Source of the DNA: a bacterium
GTDB lineage: Bacteria; Auribacterota; UBA3054
NCBI GenBank assembly: GCA_017649705.1
Contig: JAGCGH010000089.1
Span: 1 to 56,187 of the forward strand
Reading direction: 5' to 3'
Length of the DNA: 56,187 bases
Shown in pieces: positions 46,077 through 54,745 of this stretch (position 1 is its first letter; each line of letters begins with the position of its first letter). The notes below the pieces were generated by a model. It did not search any database and was not told the DNA's origin. It saw only the letters and a list, made by a program, of their open reading frames with translations. The position numbers and the translations under genes were made by a program.

Positions 46077-48407
46077 ATGCGAACAGAAACAAAAGAAAAG
46101 ATAGGCAATTTCGTTTCCGACAGGGCGAGGGAGCTTTGCGCTTTCTCCCTTTTCGTCATTGCGATCCTTCTGACTGTCTCCATCGGCACATACCACGGAG
46201 CCAACGCCTCTTCCGGCGGCGGCAACGCCGTGGGCTACGTGGGGGCGCATGTTTCCTTCGCCTTTTACCACGCTTTCGGCTACGGCTTTTATTTGCTTAT
46301 TATATGCTGCGTGGGCCTGGCGGTCGTCGTGTTCCGCGCCAAGGAATGGCTGCCCGGCAAGATTCTTCTGATGCGTTTCTTCATGTTCGCGGTCAGCGTC
46401 TGCACCGCCTCGGCGCTTCTGCACATGCTTTATCCCGAACCTGTCAAACTATTGCAGATCCCTTCCGGCGGCGGGCTCGTCGGAAAGGGGATATGCTCGA
46501 TACTTACTCCGCCTTTGGGCGTGGTGGGAACTTCCATTATTCTGACCGCGGTGCTTTTGGTGGCGCTTACCCTGCTTTTCAACACCAATCTTGTTGTCCT
46601 TGCCAGCGGCTTTTGGAGCGGACTTTGCATCGTGGGCGGCTGGATCGCGTCCTTTGCGAGGTGGATCATGGCCAAGCGATTGGAGGAGAAACTGGACAGG
46701 GAGGAAGAGAAGCCGCCCGAAAAGAAGCCCCGCGATCTGGAGGTGACGATCCCGGAACCCAAGATCACCCCCAAGCCCAAGCCGAGGCCTCAGCCGCCGC
46801 CCGAGGAGCCGGAGGAAAAGCCTGTTCCCATGATAGCCACGGCGGACGAGAGCGATCTGCCGCCCTACGAGCTGCCTGACGTGGAGCTTCTTGACCTGCC
46901 GGATTCCTCAGACCTTGGCAAACTGGAGGAGGAGGCCAGGGGCAAGGCCCAGATCCTGCAGAAAGTCTTCGAGCAGTTCGCCGTGGAGGCTGACATCGGC
47001 AAGATCATCTGCGGGCCCACCATCACCTGTTACGAAGTGCATCCCAAGGCCGGCGTGAGAGTGAACAGCATCACGAGGCTTGAAAACGAGATCGCCATGG
47101 CCACGAAGGCCACTTCCATCCGCATAGTCGCGCCCATCCCCGGACGCGACGCCGTGGGCATCGAGATACCCAACGCGGAGCGGCGCGACGTCTTCTTCTC
47201 CCAGCTGTGCACCACTCCGGAGTACAAGGAGAAGGCCAAGAAGATGAAGCTGATGATGGCTTTGGGTCAGATGCTGGACGGCGAGACTTTCCTGGAAGAT
47301 CTGGCCAAGACGCCGCACCTTCTGGTGGCCGGCGCCACCGGTTCGGGCAAATCCGTTTGCATAAACACGATCCTCATGAGCCTTCTTTTCCGCTTCCGCC
47401 CGGACGAGCTGAAGCTGATCCTGGTCGACCCCAAGACGGTGGAGATGACGCTTTACCACGACATTCCCCATCTTCTGGTGCCGATCCTGACGGATCTGGA
47501 AAAAGTCCCTGACGCTCTCGACTGGCTCATAGTGGAAATGGAGCGCCGCTACAAGTTCTTCGCCCGGGCCGGCGTGAGGGAGATCGTCTCCTTCAACCAG
47601 CAGCGCGCCGCCAATCCCAAGCCCTTGAAGATCCAGCACGGCAACCAGGAATACGACGTTCCCGATTTCCTGCCTTACATCGTGCTGATCGTGGACGAGC
47701 TGGCGGATCTCATGCTGAACCAGGGCGACAACATAGAAAAGAAGATCCAGCGCCTGGCCCAGCTGGCCCGCGCGGCTGGCATTCATATGGTGCTGGCGAC
47801 CCAGCGCCCCTCCACCAACGTCATAACCGGCACCATCAAGGCCAACATTCCCGCCCGCATCGCCTTCAAGACCACCTCCGGCATCGACTCCCGCGTGATC
47901 TTGGACGAGATGGGCAGCGAGAAGCTTTTGGGCATGGGCGACATGCTGGTGAGATCCCAGACTTACAACAGAACGCTGCGCATCCAGGGCGCCTTCGTTT
48001 CCGAAGAGGAAGTGAAGCGCGTGACGGATTTCGTCCGCGAGCAGAGGGAGCCCATCTACGTCGACTTCATGGAAGGCAAGGAAGACAGCCTTGTGGACGG
48101 CGACATCGATTACGATCCCAAGCTGGACGAAGCGATACAGTGCGTTATCAATTCCGGAAACGCCAGCGCCTCTTATTTGCAGCGCGTGCTTTCGGTCGGC
48201 TACGCCAGGGCCGCCCGCATGATCGACACCATGGAGAAACTGAAGGTCGTCGGGCCCAGGAACGGCTCCAAGCCCAGGGACATCCTGGTGGAGAGCTGGC
48301 CTCCCGAGGACGGCTATCCGCTGAATTCCGGCGGCTCCGAGGACGGTTATCAGGAAGAAATGTTTGAAAGCGAAAACGAAGAGATGAACGAAGAAGATGA
48401 CGAGTGA
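46077..48407 (+). CDS. ftsK: DNA translocase FtsK/SpoIIIE
   Basis: N-terminal TM helices, a Pro/Lys/Glu linker, a motor domain with Walker A GATGSGKS and a gamma domain (ASASYLQR). Alternative start at 46041. Confidence 0.9.
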   Translation: MRTETKEKIGNFVSDRARELCAFSLFVIAILLTVSIGTYHGANASSGGGNAVGYVGAHVSFAFYHAFGYGFYLLIICCVGLAVVVFRAKEWLPGKILLMRFFMFAVSVCTASALLHMLYPEPVKLLQIPSGGGLVGKGICSILTPPLGVVGTSIILTAVLLVALTLLFNTNLVVLASGFWSGLCIVGGWIASFARWIMAKRLEEKLDREEEKPPEKKPRDLEVTIPEPKITPKPKPRPQPPPEEPEEKPVPMIATADESDLPPYELPDVELLDLPDSSDLGKLEEEARGKAQILQKVFEQFAVEADIGKIICGPTITCYEVHPKAGVRVNSITRLENEIAMATKATSIRIVAPIPGRDAVGIEIPNAERRDVFFSQLCTTPEYKEKAKKMKLMMALGQMLDGETFLEDLAKTPHLLVAGATGSGKSVCINTILMSLLFRFRPDELKLILVDPKTVEMTLYHDIPHLLVPILTDLEKVPDALDWLIVEMERRYKFFARAGVREIVSFNQQRAANPKPLKIQHGNQEYDVPDFLPYIVLIVDELADLMLNQGDNIEKKIQRLAQLARAAGIHMVLATQRPSTNVITGTIKANIPARIAFKTTSGIDSRVILDEMGSEKLLGMGDMLVRSQTYNRTLRIQGAFVSEEEVKRVTDFVREQREPIYVDFMEGKEDSLVDGDIDYDPKLDEAIQCVINSGNASASYLQRVLSVGYARAARMIDTMEKLKVVGPRNGSKPRDILVESWPPEDGYPLNSGGSEDGYQEEMFESENEEMNEEDDE

Positions 48408-48999
48408 TCAGAATAACAAACAGAAAGACGACATGCAGACCGTGATGCCTCCGGGCATCGGCGAACAGCTGAAAGCGGCCAGGGAGGAAAAGAACCTGAC
48501 GCTTCTGGCCATATCGGAAGTCATACGCATCAAGGTCTCCTATCTGGAAGCCTTGGAGAGGGACGACTACGAGCACATGCCCGTACCCATCTACACGAAG
48601 AACTACATTTTGAAATACGCGAATTATCTGGGGCTGGACGGCAAGCAGCTGGCCGAGCGCTTCCAGGCCATGAACTCCCAGTATTCCGCCTTCCCCTCCA
48701 GTTCCGTTCCCGTTTCCGAAAAAGTTTTGCGCAAAAACAAAGAGGGCTCCCGTCAGAAAGAGGAAGGGGATATCATGCCTCGCCACTGGTTCGTTTTCGC
48801 CCTGGTGGTCCTGGGCGTCATAATCGCCCTGGTCAAGATAACCGGACGCGCCCGCTCCAACAATAACACGACCAAAGATCCCGTGAAAGCCGAGCGCAAG
48901 CTTTCCGAAAAAGAGCTTGGAGTCCCGCAGGAACTGCAGATCATCCGCTCCGCCAAGCAGGAGTTCAACTTCAGCGAAAAGCTTCCCGAGATAGAGTGA
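48397..48999 (+). CDS. RodZ-like helix-turn-helix membrane protein
   Basis: HTH segment IGEQLKAAREEKNLTL..ISEVIRIKVSYLEALE, with a single TM helix near residue 130. Confidence 0.6.
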   Translation: MTSDQNNKQKDDMQTVMPPGIGEQLKAAREEKNLTLLAISEVIRIKVSYLEALERDDYEHMPVPIYTKNYILKYANYLGLDGKQLAERFQAMNSQYSAFPSSSVPVSEKVLRKNKEGSRQKEEGDIMPRHWFVFALVVLGVIIALVKITGRARSNNNTTKDPVKAERKLSEKELGVPQELQIIRSAKQEFNFSEKLPEIE

Positions 49000-49000
49000 G

Positions 49001-50284
49001 ATGAATATCTACGTCGTCAGTCTTGGCTGCGCCAAAAACCAGGTGGACACTGAAAAAATGCTGGGCAGCCTTCTGCAGGAAGGCTGCGAGATCGTCGGCT
49101 CCCCGGAAGAGGCCGACCTTATGCTGGTGAACACCTGCGCTTTCATCACGGAAGCCAGGGACGAGGCCTCGGCGGTCATAATCGAGCTGGTGTCCCAGAA
49201 AAAGCCCGGGCAAAAACTCATCGTCACAGGCTGCTTCGTAAATTACTACGGCGAAAACATCCTCAAGGAACGGCAGTGCGAAGTCGACTGCTGGCTTCCC
49301 GTCGCCAGCGAGGAAAACATTCTGAAGGCGGTTGGAAAACTCTTCGGGGAAAAAGCCCCCGCCGCCCAGATACCCTACGGCCCCAGAGTCCGCATCACGC
49401 CGCCGCACTACGGATTTTTAAGAGTGGCGGACGGCTGCGAGCACAAATGCGCCTTCTGCTCCATCCCCAGGCTCAGGGGCGGCATGGTCAGCGAACCCGT
49501 GGAAAAACTGGTGGCCGAAGCCAGGAAAATGGCTGAGGAAGGCGTGGTGGAGCTGAACGTCATCGCCCAGGACACCTCGGCTTATCCCGAGCTGCCCAAG
49601 CTTTTGAAAAAACTCTGCGCCATCGACGACCTCTACTGGATCAGGCTGCAGTATCTTTATCCCGCCACCATGAGCGACGAACTCATCGACGTCATTGCAA
49701 AGGAGGAGAAGATCTGCAAGTACATCGACCTGCCTTTGCAGCATGTCAACGAGGACGTCTTGAAAGCCATGCGGCGCCCCACCCACGCCTTTACGGAAAA
49801 GCTGCTGGACAAGATCCTGAACAAGATCCCGGACGCGACCTTGAGGACGACTTTCATCACCGGTTTCCCGGGCGAGACGAAAGAGGCTTTCGAGGAACTG
49901 GAGGCTTTCGTAAAGAAAGGTCTTTTTCATCACATGGGCGTTTTCGCGTATTCCCTCGAGGAAGCGACTCCCGCCTTCCCCCTGGGGGATCCCATCCCGC
50001 AGGAAGTGAAAGAGGGGAGAGCGGACATTCTGATGCGAGCCCAGAAAGAGATCTCTTTGAAAAAGAACAGAAGCTACATCGGCAGGACCGTTCCCGTCAT
50101 CATAGACAGGAAGGAAAAAGACCGCGGCTTCGGCAGAAGGACGGCGGACGCTCCGGACGTGGACAACGAAGTCATCGTCAGGAACGCAAAGAAGATCCCC
50201 CTGGGATCCATCGTTCCTGTTAAGATCACCGGCGCGGCCAGCTACGACGTGACCGGCACGGCCATGCTGGAGGGTCTGATTTGA
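49001..50284 (+). CDS. rimO: ribosomal protein S12 methylthiotransferase RimO
   Basis: UPF0004 N-domain (LGCAKNQVD), radical-SAM CxxxCxxC (CEHKCAFC) and a TRAM C-terminus. Confidence 0.9.
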   Translation: MNIYVVSLGCAKNQVDTEKMLGSLLQEGCEIVGSPEEADLMLVNTCAFITEARDEASAVIIELVSQKKPGQKLIVTGCFVNYYGENILKERQCEVDCWLPVASEENILKAVGKLFGEKAPAAQIPYGPRVRITPPHYGFLRVADGCEHKCAFCSIPRLRGGMVSEPVEKLVAEARKMAEEGVVELNVIAQDTSAYPELPKLLKKLCAIDDLYWIRLQYLYPATMSDELIDVIAKEEKICKYIDLPLQHVNEDVLKAMRRPTHAFTEKLLDKILNKIPDATLRTTFITGFPGETKEAFEELEAFVKKGLFHHMGVFAYSLEEATPAFPLGDPIPQEVKEGRADILMRAQKEISLKKNRSYIGRTVPVIIDRKEKDRGFGRRTADAPDVDNEVIVRNAKKIPLGSIVPVKITGAASYDVTGTAMLEGLI

Positions 50285-50862
50285 ACCTTCCCAACAAACT
50301 GACCGTCTGCCGCCTGGCCATGCCGCTTGTGGTGATGCCCTGCCTCCTCAAGGATTTTCCCTATTCCAAGACTTTGGCCCTGGCCTTTTTCGCCTTGGCT
50401 TCCGTCACGGACTTCCTGGACGGCCACATCGCCCGCAAGCACAATCTCGTCACCGATTTCGGCAAGCTCATGGATCCCCTGGCTGACAAGATCCTGGTCT
50501 GCTCCGTCCTGATCTGCTTTTCCGCCATGTATTGGAAAAACGGCGTGGTGGCTCCCTGGATGGTGGTCGCCATCGTAGGCCGCGACCTGGTTGTCACGGG
50601 CCTCCGCATGGCCGGCCTCAGCAGGGGAGCCGTTTTGGGCGCCCACGCCATCGGCAAGCACAAGACCGCCTGGCAGATGATCGCCATCGTCACGATGCTT
50701 TTTTATCTCGTCTTCTCCAACGATTTCGGCCTCGGCGGAACTTATATGGAGTATTTCCGGATCGCCGCCCACGTGCTCTTCTGGCTGGTCAGCATTCTGA
50801 CCATCTTCTCCGGATTTTACTATCTCGTAAAATACAAAAACTTTTACCTGGACAATGCCTGA
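50281..50862 (+). CDS. pgsA: CDP-diacylglycerol--glycerol-3-phosphate 3-phosphatidyltransferase
   Basis: CDP-alcohol motif DGHIAR....T.FGK..DPLADK. TTG start overlaps the rimO stop. Confidence 0.9.
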   Translation: MNLPNKLTVCRLAMPLVVMPCLLKDFPYSKTLALAFFALASVTDFLDGHIARKHNLVTDFGKLMDPLADKILVCSVLICFSAMYWKNGVVAPWMVVAIVGRDLVVTGLRMAGLSRGAVLGAHAIGKHKTAWQMIAIVTMLFYLVFSNDFGLGGTYMEYFRIAAHVLFWLVSILTIFSGFYYLVKYKNFYLDNA

Positions 50863-51346
50863 GGCCGAAAACAGCCGCAAGAAGACGCTGGCGGTCTTCG
50901 TATCCACCATGGGCTTCACCGGCTTTTTCCCGATCATGCCCGGCACTGTCGGCACCATCTGGGGCCTCCTTATGTGGTGGGGGACGTGCCGGACAAGCCA
51001 ACCTCTGCTTCTGCAAACGGTCCTGGCAATAGTCTTTTTCCTTCTTGGCCTTGTTTTTTGCGGAAAGGCCGAAAAAGACCTGGGCAGGCACGACCCCGGC
51101 TCAGTTATCATAGACGAGACGGCAGCGGCCTTCCTGACCTTCCTGGGCGTTCCTTTCGGCCTTTGGACGGCTCTTATAGGACTTTTCCTCAACCGTTTTT
51201 TCGACATTTTGAAACCCTGGCCCATAAATAAGCTCCAAGATCTTCCCGGAGCCTGGGGCATTATGCTGGACGACACGGCCGCGGGGATAGCCTCCCGCCT
51301 CGTCCTGGCGTTGCTTCTCTATTTTTTCCCGGTCATCGGAAAATAA
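50855..51346 (+). CDS. pgpA: phosphatidylglycerophosphatase A
   Basis: PgpA motifs GTVGT, VIIDE and FDILKPWPI. Confidence 0.85.
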   Translation: MPEAENSRKKTLAVFVSTMGFTGFFPIMPGTVGTIWGLLMWWGTCRTSQPLLLQTVLAIVFFLLGLVFCGKAEKDLGRHDPGSVIIDETAAAFLTFLGVPFGLWTALIGLFLNRFFDILKPWPINKLQDLPGAWGIMLDDTAAGIASRLVLALLLYFFPVIGK

Positions 51347-51399
51347 GCTTCCGACAGTTTTTCAGCTTCGTCAACCCGATTTTTCCACTTTCTGTTGAT

Positions 51400-51428
51400 T
51401 TGACGGGCAAAGTCGCTTTTGCTAGAAT
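51400..51428 (+). promoter_or_regulatory. promoter TTGACG-17-TAGAAT (with TGc extension)
   Basis: Lies about 50 nt upstream of ATG 51480. Confidence 0.5.
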
Positions 51429-51479
51429 TTATGGGAAATTATTGTTATCAACCGCTTCACTTTCACCCTTAAGGAAAAT

Positions 51480-53303
51480 ATGGGTTACGAATTTATTCCC
51501 GTAAACGCCCTGGACTGGGGGATCATCATAGGCTTTTTGGTCTTCACCCTCATCGTGGGCATCGTCGTTTCCAAAAAAGCCGGCGAATCAAGCGAGGACT
51601 TCTTCCTTTCCGGCCGTTCCATGCCCTGGTGGCTCCTGGGCTTCTCCATGGTCGCCACGACCTTCTCAACCGACACGCCCAACCTGGTGACCGACATGGT
51701 CAGGCAGGGCGGCGTGGCCCAGAACTGGAGTTGGTGGGCCTTCCTGATGACAGGCATGCTCACGACCTTCATCTACTCCAAGCTCTGGCGCCGTTCCGGC
51801 GTGGTCACCGACCTGGGCTTCTATGAGCTCCGCTACAGCGGCGAGAGCGCGGCCTTCCTGAGAGGCTTCCGCGCCGTCTACCTGGGCTTCCTTTTCAACA
51901 TCATCGTCATGGCCACCGTCTCCATGGCCGCCATCAAAATAGGCGGCGTCATGCTGGGACTGAAACCCTGGGAGACCGTTCTCTACGCCGCGGCCATCAC
52001 CACGATCTTCTCCGTTTTGGGCGGCCTTAAGAGTGTTTTGATCACCGACTGCCTGCTCTTCATCGTCGCCATGGTCGGCTCTGTGGCGGCGGCTGTGGTC
52101 TCCGTCAACAGAGCGGGCGGACTCGACGCTGTCTTAAGCAACGATCTGGTCCAGTCGAAAATGGCCATCCTGCCTTCCTTTGACATCTACACCCCCGGCG
52201 TCGGCTTTGACAAAGATGCTCTGAACCTCCTTATCACGCTGCTTCTCATGCCCGTTCTGGTGCAGTGGTGGAGCGCCTGGTATCCCGGCGCGGAACCCGG
52301 CGGCGGCGGATATCTTACCCAGCGCGTGCTGGCGGCCAAGAACGAAGCCCACGCCACGGGCTCCACGCTTTTCTTCGACATCGCCCACTACGCCCTACGT
52401 CCCTGGCCCTGGCTTTTGGTCGCCCTGGCCTCATTGGTGCTTTTCCCGACGCTGGATTCTTTGAAAACGGCCTTCCCGCACACCATGCTCGGCCACGACC
52501 TGGCCTATTCCGCCATGCTGACCATGCTGCCCCACGGCTTGAAAGGCATAGTCGTGGCCTCCTTGATGTCCGCTTACATCTCCACCATCTCCACCCACCT
52601 GAACTGGGGCTCCTCCTACATCACCTACGACTTCTGGAAACGCTTCCTGAGACCCGAGGCCAGCGAAAAGGAAATGGTCTTCGTGGGCCGCGTCTCGACC
52701 GTCATCCTGATGGTCCTGGCCTGCGTTTTGTCCCTCTTCCTTAAGAACGCCACCTTCGCGTTCAAGATCCTGGTGGGCTTCGGCGCCGGCACCGGCCTGG
52801 TGTTCATCTTAAGATGGTTCTGGTGGCGCATCAACGCCTGGTGCGAGATCGCGGCCATGACGCTCTCCTTCGTCATCTCGACCTTGTTCGTCTTCTGGGA
52901 ACCCCAGATCTGCAAGGACTACACCTTCCTGCCGTATCTTATCAACGTAGCCGTCACCACGGTGGTCTGGGTCATCCTGGCTTACGTCGCGCCTGCGACG
53001 GACACCAAGACCTTGAGATCCTTCTACCGCCACATCTGCCCCGGCGGCCCCGGCTGGAACAAGGTCATCAAGGAAGCCAACGAGGAAGGCGACCAGATCG
53101 ACAAGTACGCCGTCCCGAACACCATTCCCCAGGGCATCCTGTGCATGATCATGGGCACCATCCTGGTCTACAGCCTGCTCTTCTCCACTGGCTTCTACAT
53201 CTACGGCCAGCCCGTTCCGGCCACCTGCCTCCTCGTTCTGGTAGCGGCCTGCGGCTTCGGCATGTACAAGCTCTGGCCGAAACTCTACCTCAACAACGAC
53301 TGA
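51480..53303 (+). CDS. sodium:solute symporter (SSS/SLC5) family transporter
   Basis: 607 aa and polytopic. N-terminal FFLSGRSMPWW motif is typical of SSS. Confidence 0.85.
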   Translation: MGYEFIPVNALDWGIIIGFLVFTLIVGIVVSKKAGESSEDFFLSGRSMPWWLLGFSMVATTFSTDTPNLVTDMVRQGGVAQNWSWWAFLMTGMLTTFIYSKLWRRSGVVTDLGFYELRYSGESAAFLRGFRAVYLGFLFNIIVMATVSMAAIKIGGVMLGLKPWETVLYAAAITTIFSVLGGLKSVLITDCLLFIVAMVGSVAAAVVSVNRAGGLDAVLSNDLVQSKMAILPSFDIYTPGVGFDKDALNLLITLLLMPVLVQWWSAWYPGAEPGGGGYLTQRVLAAKNEAHATGSTLFFDIAHYALRPWPWLLVALASLVLFPTLDSLKTAFPHTMLGHDLAYSAMLTMLPHGLKGIVVASLMSAYISTISTHLNWGSSYITYDFWKRFLRPEASEKEMVFVGRVSTVILMVLACVLSLFLKNATFAFKILVGFGAGTGLVFILRWFWWRINAWCEIAAMTLSFVISTLFVFWEPQICKDYTFLPYLINVAVTTVVWVILAYVAPATDTKTLRSFYRHICPGGPGWNKVIKEANEEGDQIDKYAVPNTIPQGILCMIMGTILVYSLLFSTGFYIYGQPVPATCLLVLVAACGFGMYKLWPKLYLNND

Positions 53304-53332
53304 TTAATCAGTGCGAAAAACAATTTGCAAAT

Positions 53333-53370
53333 AAGAAAGCCGCTCTTTGAGCGGCTTTCTTATTTGTTTT
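53333..53370. terminator. bidirectional intrinsic terminator
   Basis: AAGAAAGCCGCTC-TTT-GAGCGGCTTTCTT (13-bp arms) followed by a T-rich tract, between convergent genes. Confidence 0.8.
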
Positions 53371-54399
53371 TCACAATAACTTATCTTGATTTAAAAGCAG
53401 TTTATCAATGACAGGATGTAACAACCCTGTGCTTTCAATGGCATTTATAGCACAGACTTTACTTCCGGCATCTTTGCTTGACGCTCAGCAGTGAAAAACT
53501 TTTTCTTTTTCTGTGCTGTAGTCTAAAACAATAAATCGGTCATGGCAATCAGGATTCGCTTTAACGATTATGGTTGGATATTCCTTGTTAAAGTCATTGA
53601 TCTCTGATGATGTCAAAAAATCTTTGCTGCGCCCAAAGCCGTTTTCAGTAAACAGAATAACTTGTACACCGGTCTTCTTGTGTGAGAGTAGATGAAGAGT
53701 TTTTATATTGACGTAGTCGTCTATAACATATATGCTTTCTTCCGCTTGCTTGTATATATCTATGTATGCCATGTCTGATTCTAATTTTTGTCCTTTGTAT
53801 ATGACATAATTTTTAATTTCCGTTTCCAGAATAAAATTCTCATTGATCTTTTTTATGCTGTTGTTTATCGCCTCTATTCTGCTATCTGTCTTGCCTTTCC
53901 ATGCGTTTAATTTAAGAGAATCTTCATCTATTGTATCCTTTAGGAGTTTCCATTCATTCTTGGTTACGAATTGTTGGTTCTGCTGGATATAGTGCCTCAT
54001 TTCCCGAAACGCTCTCATAATAAAAATGCTCTGCTGCTCCGCTATTTCACCTTTTAGGATCGTCGCCAGCATATAGATTCCCTGTTCGGTAAAGGCAAGG
54101 GGAGGCTTTCTGCGGCCGCCAAACTTCCCCATATAAAAATTTGAATTCAGTGAAGTCGCAATTTGCGACTTCACTGGAACTATCTCATTTAGCGTGAGTT
54201 GAAACATGAAATCGTCGGGAAATCTGGCTATATTACGCCTAACTTGCTCGTTAAGTCGCTTAACTTCATAACCATACAAGATTGCAAGATCATAGTCCAA
54301 CATAACTTGTTTACCCCTAATGGTATAGATAAGCTGGCTTATATCAATCTGCTTGATAACCATTGGGCCAGGTTTATAATTTTCTCCTTTTTCCATCAT
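53371..54399 (-). pseudogene. ORF6N (KilA-N-related) domain protein with a conserved C-terminal HDRF...GAS.KD.G module, interrupted by an in-frame TGA
   Basis: ORF6N motifs are present (IRGKQVMLDYDLAILYG, RFPDDFMFQLT, KSQIATS, GGRRKPPLAFTEQG). TGA at 53485-53487 falls in ...HDRFIVLD..KVFHC*ASSKDAGSK..., and the same frame continues for 37 codons to 53371. GGAG Shine-Dalgarno before ATG 54399. The track start at 54426 is a TTG. Confidence 0.65.
54149..54175. repeat. palindrome P1 (13+1+13, perfect): AGTGAAGTCGCAA-T-TTGCGACTTCACT
   Basis: Lies inside the ORF6N CDS. Encodes VKSQIATS in the gene's frame. Confidence 0.95.
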
Positions 54400-54414
54400 G
54401 ATTTTCTCCATTCC

Positions 54415-54439
54415 GTGAAGTCGCAAATTGCGACTTCGC
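54415..54439. repeat. palindrome P2: GTGAAGTCGCAA-A-TTGCGACTTCGC (one outer mismatch)
   Basis: Lies 16-40 nt upstream of ATG 54399, spanning the probable 5' UTR / +1 region. Confidence 0.95.
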
Positions 54440-54480
54440 CGAAGCTATTTTATTTCAATGATTTAAAATGAAATTTTTCT

Positions 54481-54507
54481 CTTGAGGTCGCAAATTGCGA
54501 CCTCAAG
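54481..54507. repeat. palindrome P3 (13+1+13, perfect): CTTGAGGTCGCAA-A-TTGCGACCTCAAG
   Basis: Lies in the intergenic region upstream of the ORF6N gene. Confidence 0.95.
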
Positions 54508-54531
54508 TTTTCGTTTATGTTAATATGAAGT

Positions 54532-54566
54532 AAAACTTGAAATCACAATTTGTGATTTCAAGTTTT
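54532..54566. repeat. palindrome P4 (17+1+17, perfect): AAAACTTGAAATCACAA-T-TTGTGATTTCAAGTTTT
   Basis: Same architecture as P1-P3, with transitions in the core (TCACAA/TTGTGA). Confidence 0.95.
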
Positions 54567-54677
54567 ATACTCATTATTACCGCATGATATTTAATAATTG
54601 CAAAGAAAGCAAGGATTCATGCTGTTTCTATTAAATTTGGTGATAATTTGTAAGAAACATGCCTTCAAATAAAAAAT

Positions 54678-54704
54678 CAGTTGCCGCAAATTTTGCGACA
54701 ACTG
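54678..54704 (-). terminator. hairpin P5, CAGTTGCCGCAAA-T-TTTGCGACAACTG (one mismatch), probable GH125 terminator
   Basis: On the minus strand the hairpin is followed by ATTTTTTATTT and lies about 40 nt downstream of the GH125 stop. Confidence 0.6.
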
Positions 54705-54745
54705 AAAATGGCGAAAAGCAATATTCCTTTTTTGAATAATGCTTT

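Noticed and set aside
53485-53487. TGA reassigned to an amino acid (alternative genetic code) in this genome.
   Set aside because: Multiple well-conserved genes in the window terminate at TGA at their expected lengths (pyrC, pyrR, cvpA, rluD, rimO, the SSS transporter). Recoding, if any, would be local to the acquired gene.
54149-54704. The palindrome cluster as a CRISPR array.
   Set aside because: The copies are individually palindromic but differ in sequence and length. Spacings are irregular (265, 67, 55 and 142 nt centre to centre). One copy is inside a CDS, and no cas genes are present.
54678-54704. P5 as a fifth member of the ORF6N palindrome family.
   Set aside because: It shares only the central GCAAA/TTTGC core, not the TTGA(A/G)(G/A)TC flanks. 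It is followed by a U-tract on the minus strand just after the GH125 stop, so an ordinary terminator explains it.
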